DNA from: Ascidiella aspersa
Lineage: Eukaryota
Direction: 5' to 3'
Assembly: GCA_963924565.1 (NCBI GenBank)
Contig: OZ004608.1
Coordinates: 31,000,001 to 31,064,000 of the forward strand
Length of the DNA: 64,000 nt
Positions 62,980 to 64,000 of the stretch are shown piece after piece (positions within the stretch are counted from its first letter, which is position 1; every line of letters begins with the position of its first letter). Below the pieces are notes generated by a model. That model ran no database searches. It saw only the letters and a program-made list of their open reading frames with translations, and had not been told where the DNA came from. The position numbers and the translations under genes are program-made.

Positions 62980-64000
62980 CCGTTGTCAGGGCACCGCCCA
63001 TATAGTTTGTTTGGCTTTTAGCTGTACCCCATTCCGAATTTAGCTGATGTACCCCTAGGCGTACAACAGTTTTTTCAACTGCGGTTTGTGTACTCCATTG
63101 GGGTTCGTTGACTAGTTAAGGGGCTCCATGAAGGCCTTAACATCTGGACGGATAATTAAAAAAATTGTAATAAAGTTTTTTTTAGGTATACTTGTTTTAT
63201 GATGCCATCACTAAGAAAATTCTTGGCGACTAATTTTTTAGGGTCTTGCATTAAAAAAAAGTAAAAACCCTGGCCTAGAATAACCTGTAAAGGATTGGAG
63301 ACGTTGTGCAAAGTATGTGTGTTTTTTCGGCATTCCACATAAGAAAACCTTTTAGTAACTTTGTTGACGTGTGTTTGTGTGTGGACAATCTGCTTAAAAA
63401 CCCTCAATCTCTATGATTTGTGAAACAGCAATGTGACTTTTACAGAAAGCCGCTTTTATAATGTGCATACCATATGAAAACTGTCTATTTGACGCAGCAC
63501 CAGTTCAATACAAAACCTAGTGTCCCCTTAATACGTTTTTATTGCCATGCCGTTTTGAAAGGAAAAATCTCTTCCCCCTTCCAAAATCAGTAAATTCAGT
63601 AATTAGTAATACGAATAAAAACCATCGTTTGAAAACAAATAAAACATCTGTGGAATAAGACTAATTTAAGTTAAAATCATACTTGATTGTGAATCGAAGT
63701 TCTTTATATTAGGTGTGGAACTTTTGAAATAGTATGGGGAGATGTTAAAACAGCTTGACATTGTGCAACAATATGACAAAGTTACTGCCGAAGGCTGTAA
63801 TTGCTGTAAATGAATCTACAATCGTTAAAGCATAGCATCAGTTTTTAGCTGCTTTGGCTAAAAATGTAGAACTTATTGTCAGCTAGCATTTTTAGCATTC
63901 ATATGAAAGAGTTCGCTTTTGCAAAGGAAGCCTTACAAAAATTTAGGATAGAATTTTACACAACATAGCTGACCCTTAACTTAAATAACTATTAGGTCAC

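Noticed and set aside
1-64000. Short ORF-track entries not coinciding with the listed exons (e.g. 41229-41612, 57267-57701, 59388-59699, antisense ORFs over exons)
   Set aside because: No recognisable domains; explained by GC-rich exon shadows, repeats or chance.

Overview
Animal genomic DNA with AT-rich introns and GC-richer exons; an invertebrate chordate such as a tunicate is plausible but cannot be proven from sequence alone. Two intron-rich + strand genes are present. (1) The 3' three-quarters of CNOT1 (CCR4-NOT scaffold): 38 coding exons, 1455-31390, all GT-AG and phase-consistent. (2) A divergent AMPK gamma-subunit (PRKAG-like, CBS-domain) gene: 12 coding exons, 44771-61762, continuing past the window. 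It has a ~318-aa N-terminal extension and several candidate promoters/first exons at 35.8-41.4 kb. Introns carry many non-autonomous elements, including hAT MITEs with 8-bp TSDs (one nested pair) and tRNA-derived and telomere-like foldbacks. The most notable observation is a dispersed family of palindromic elements with a minimal hammerhead-ribozyme motif in the loop, plus two further Penelope-type hammerhead motifs. Also notable: an Arg-to-Gly change at a nucleotide-binding residue of the AMPK-gamma protein, and repeated duplications of splice-site/exon ends, one differing only at synonymous positions. Exon models were read by hand and no database searches were run.
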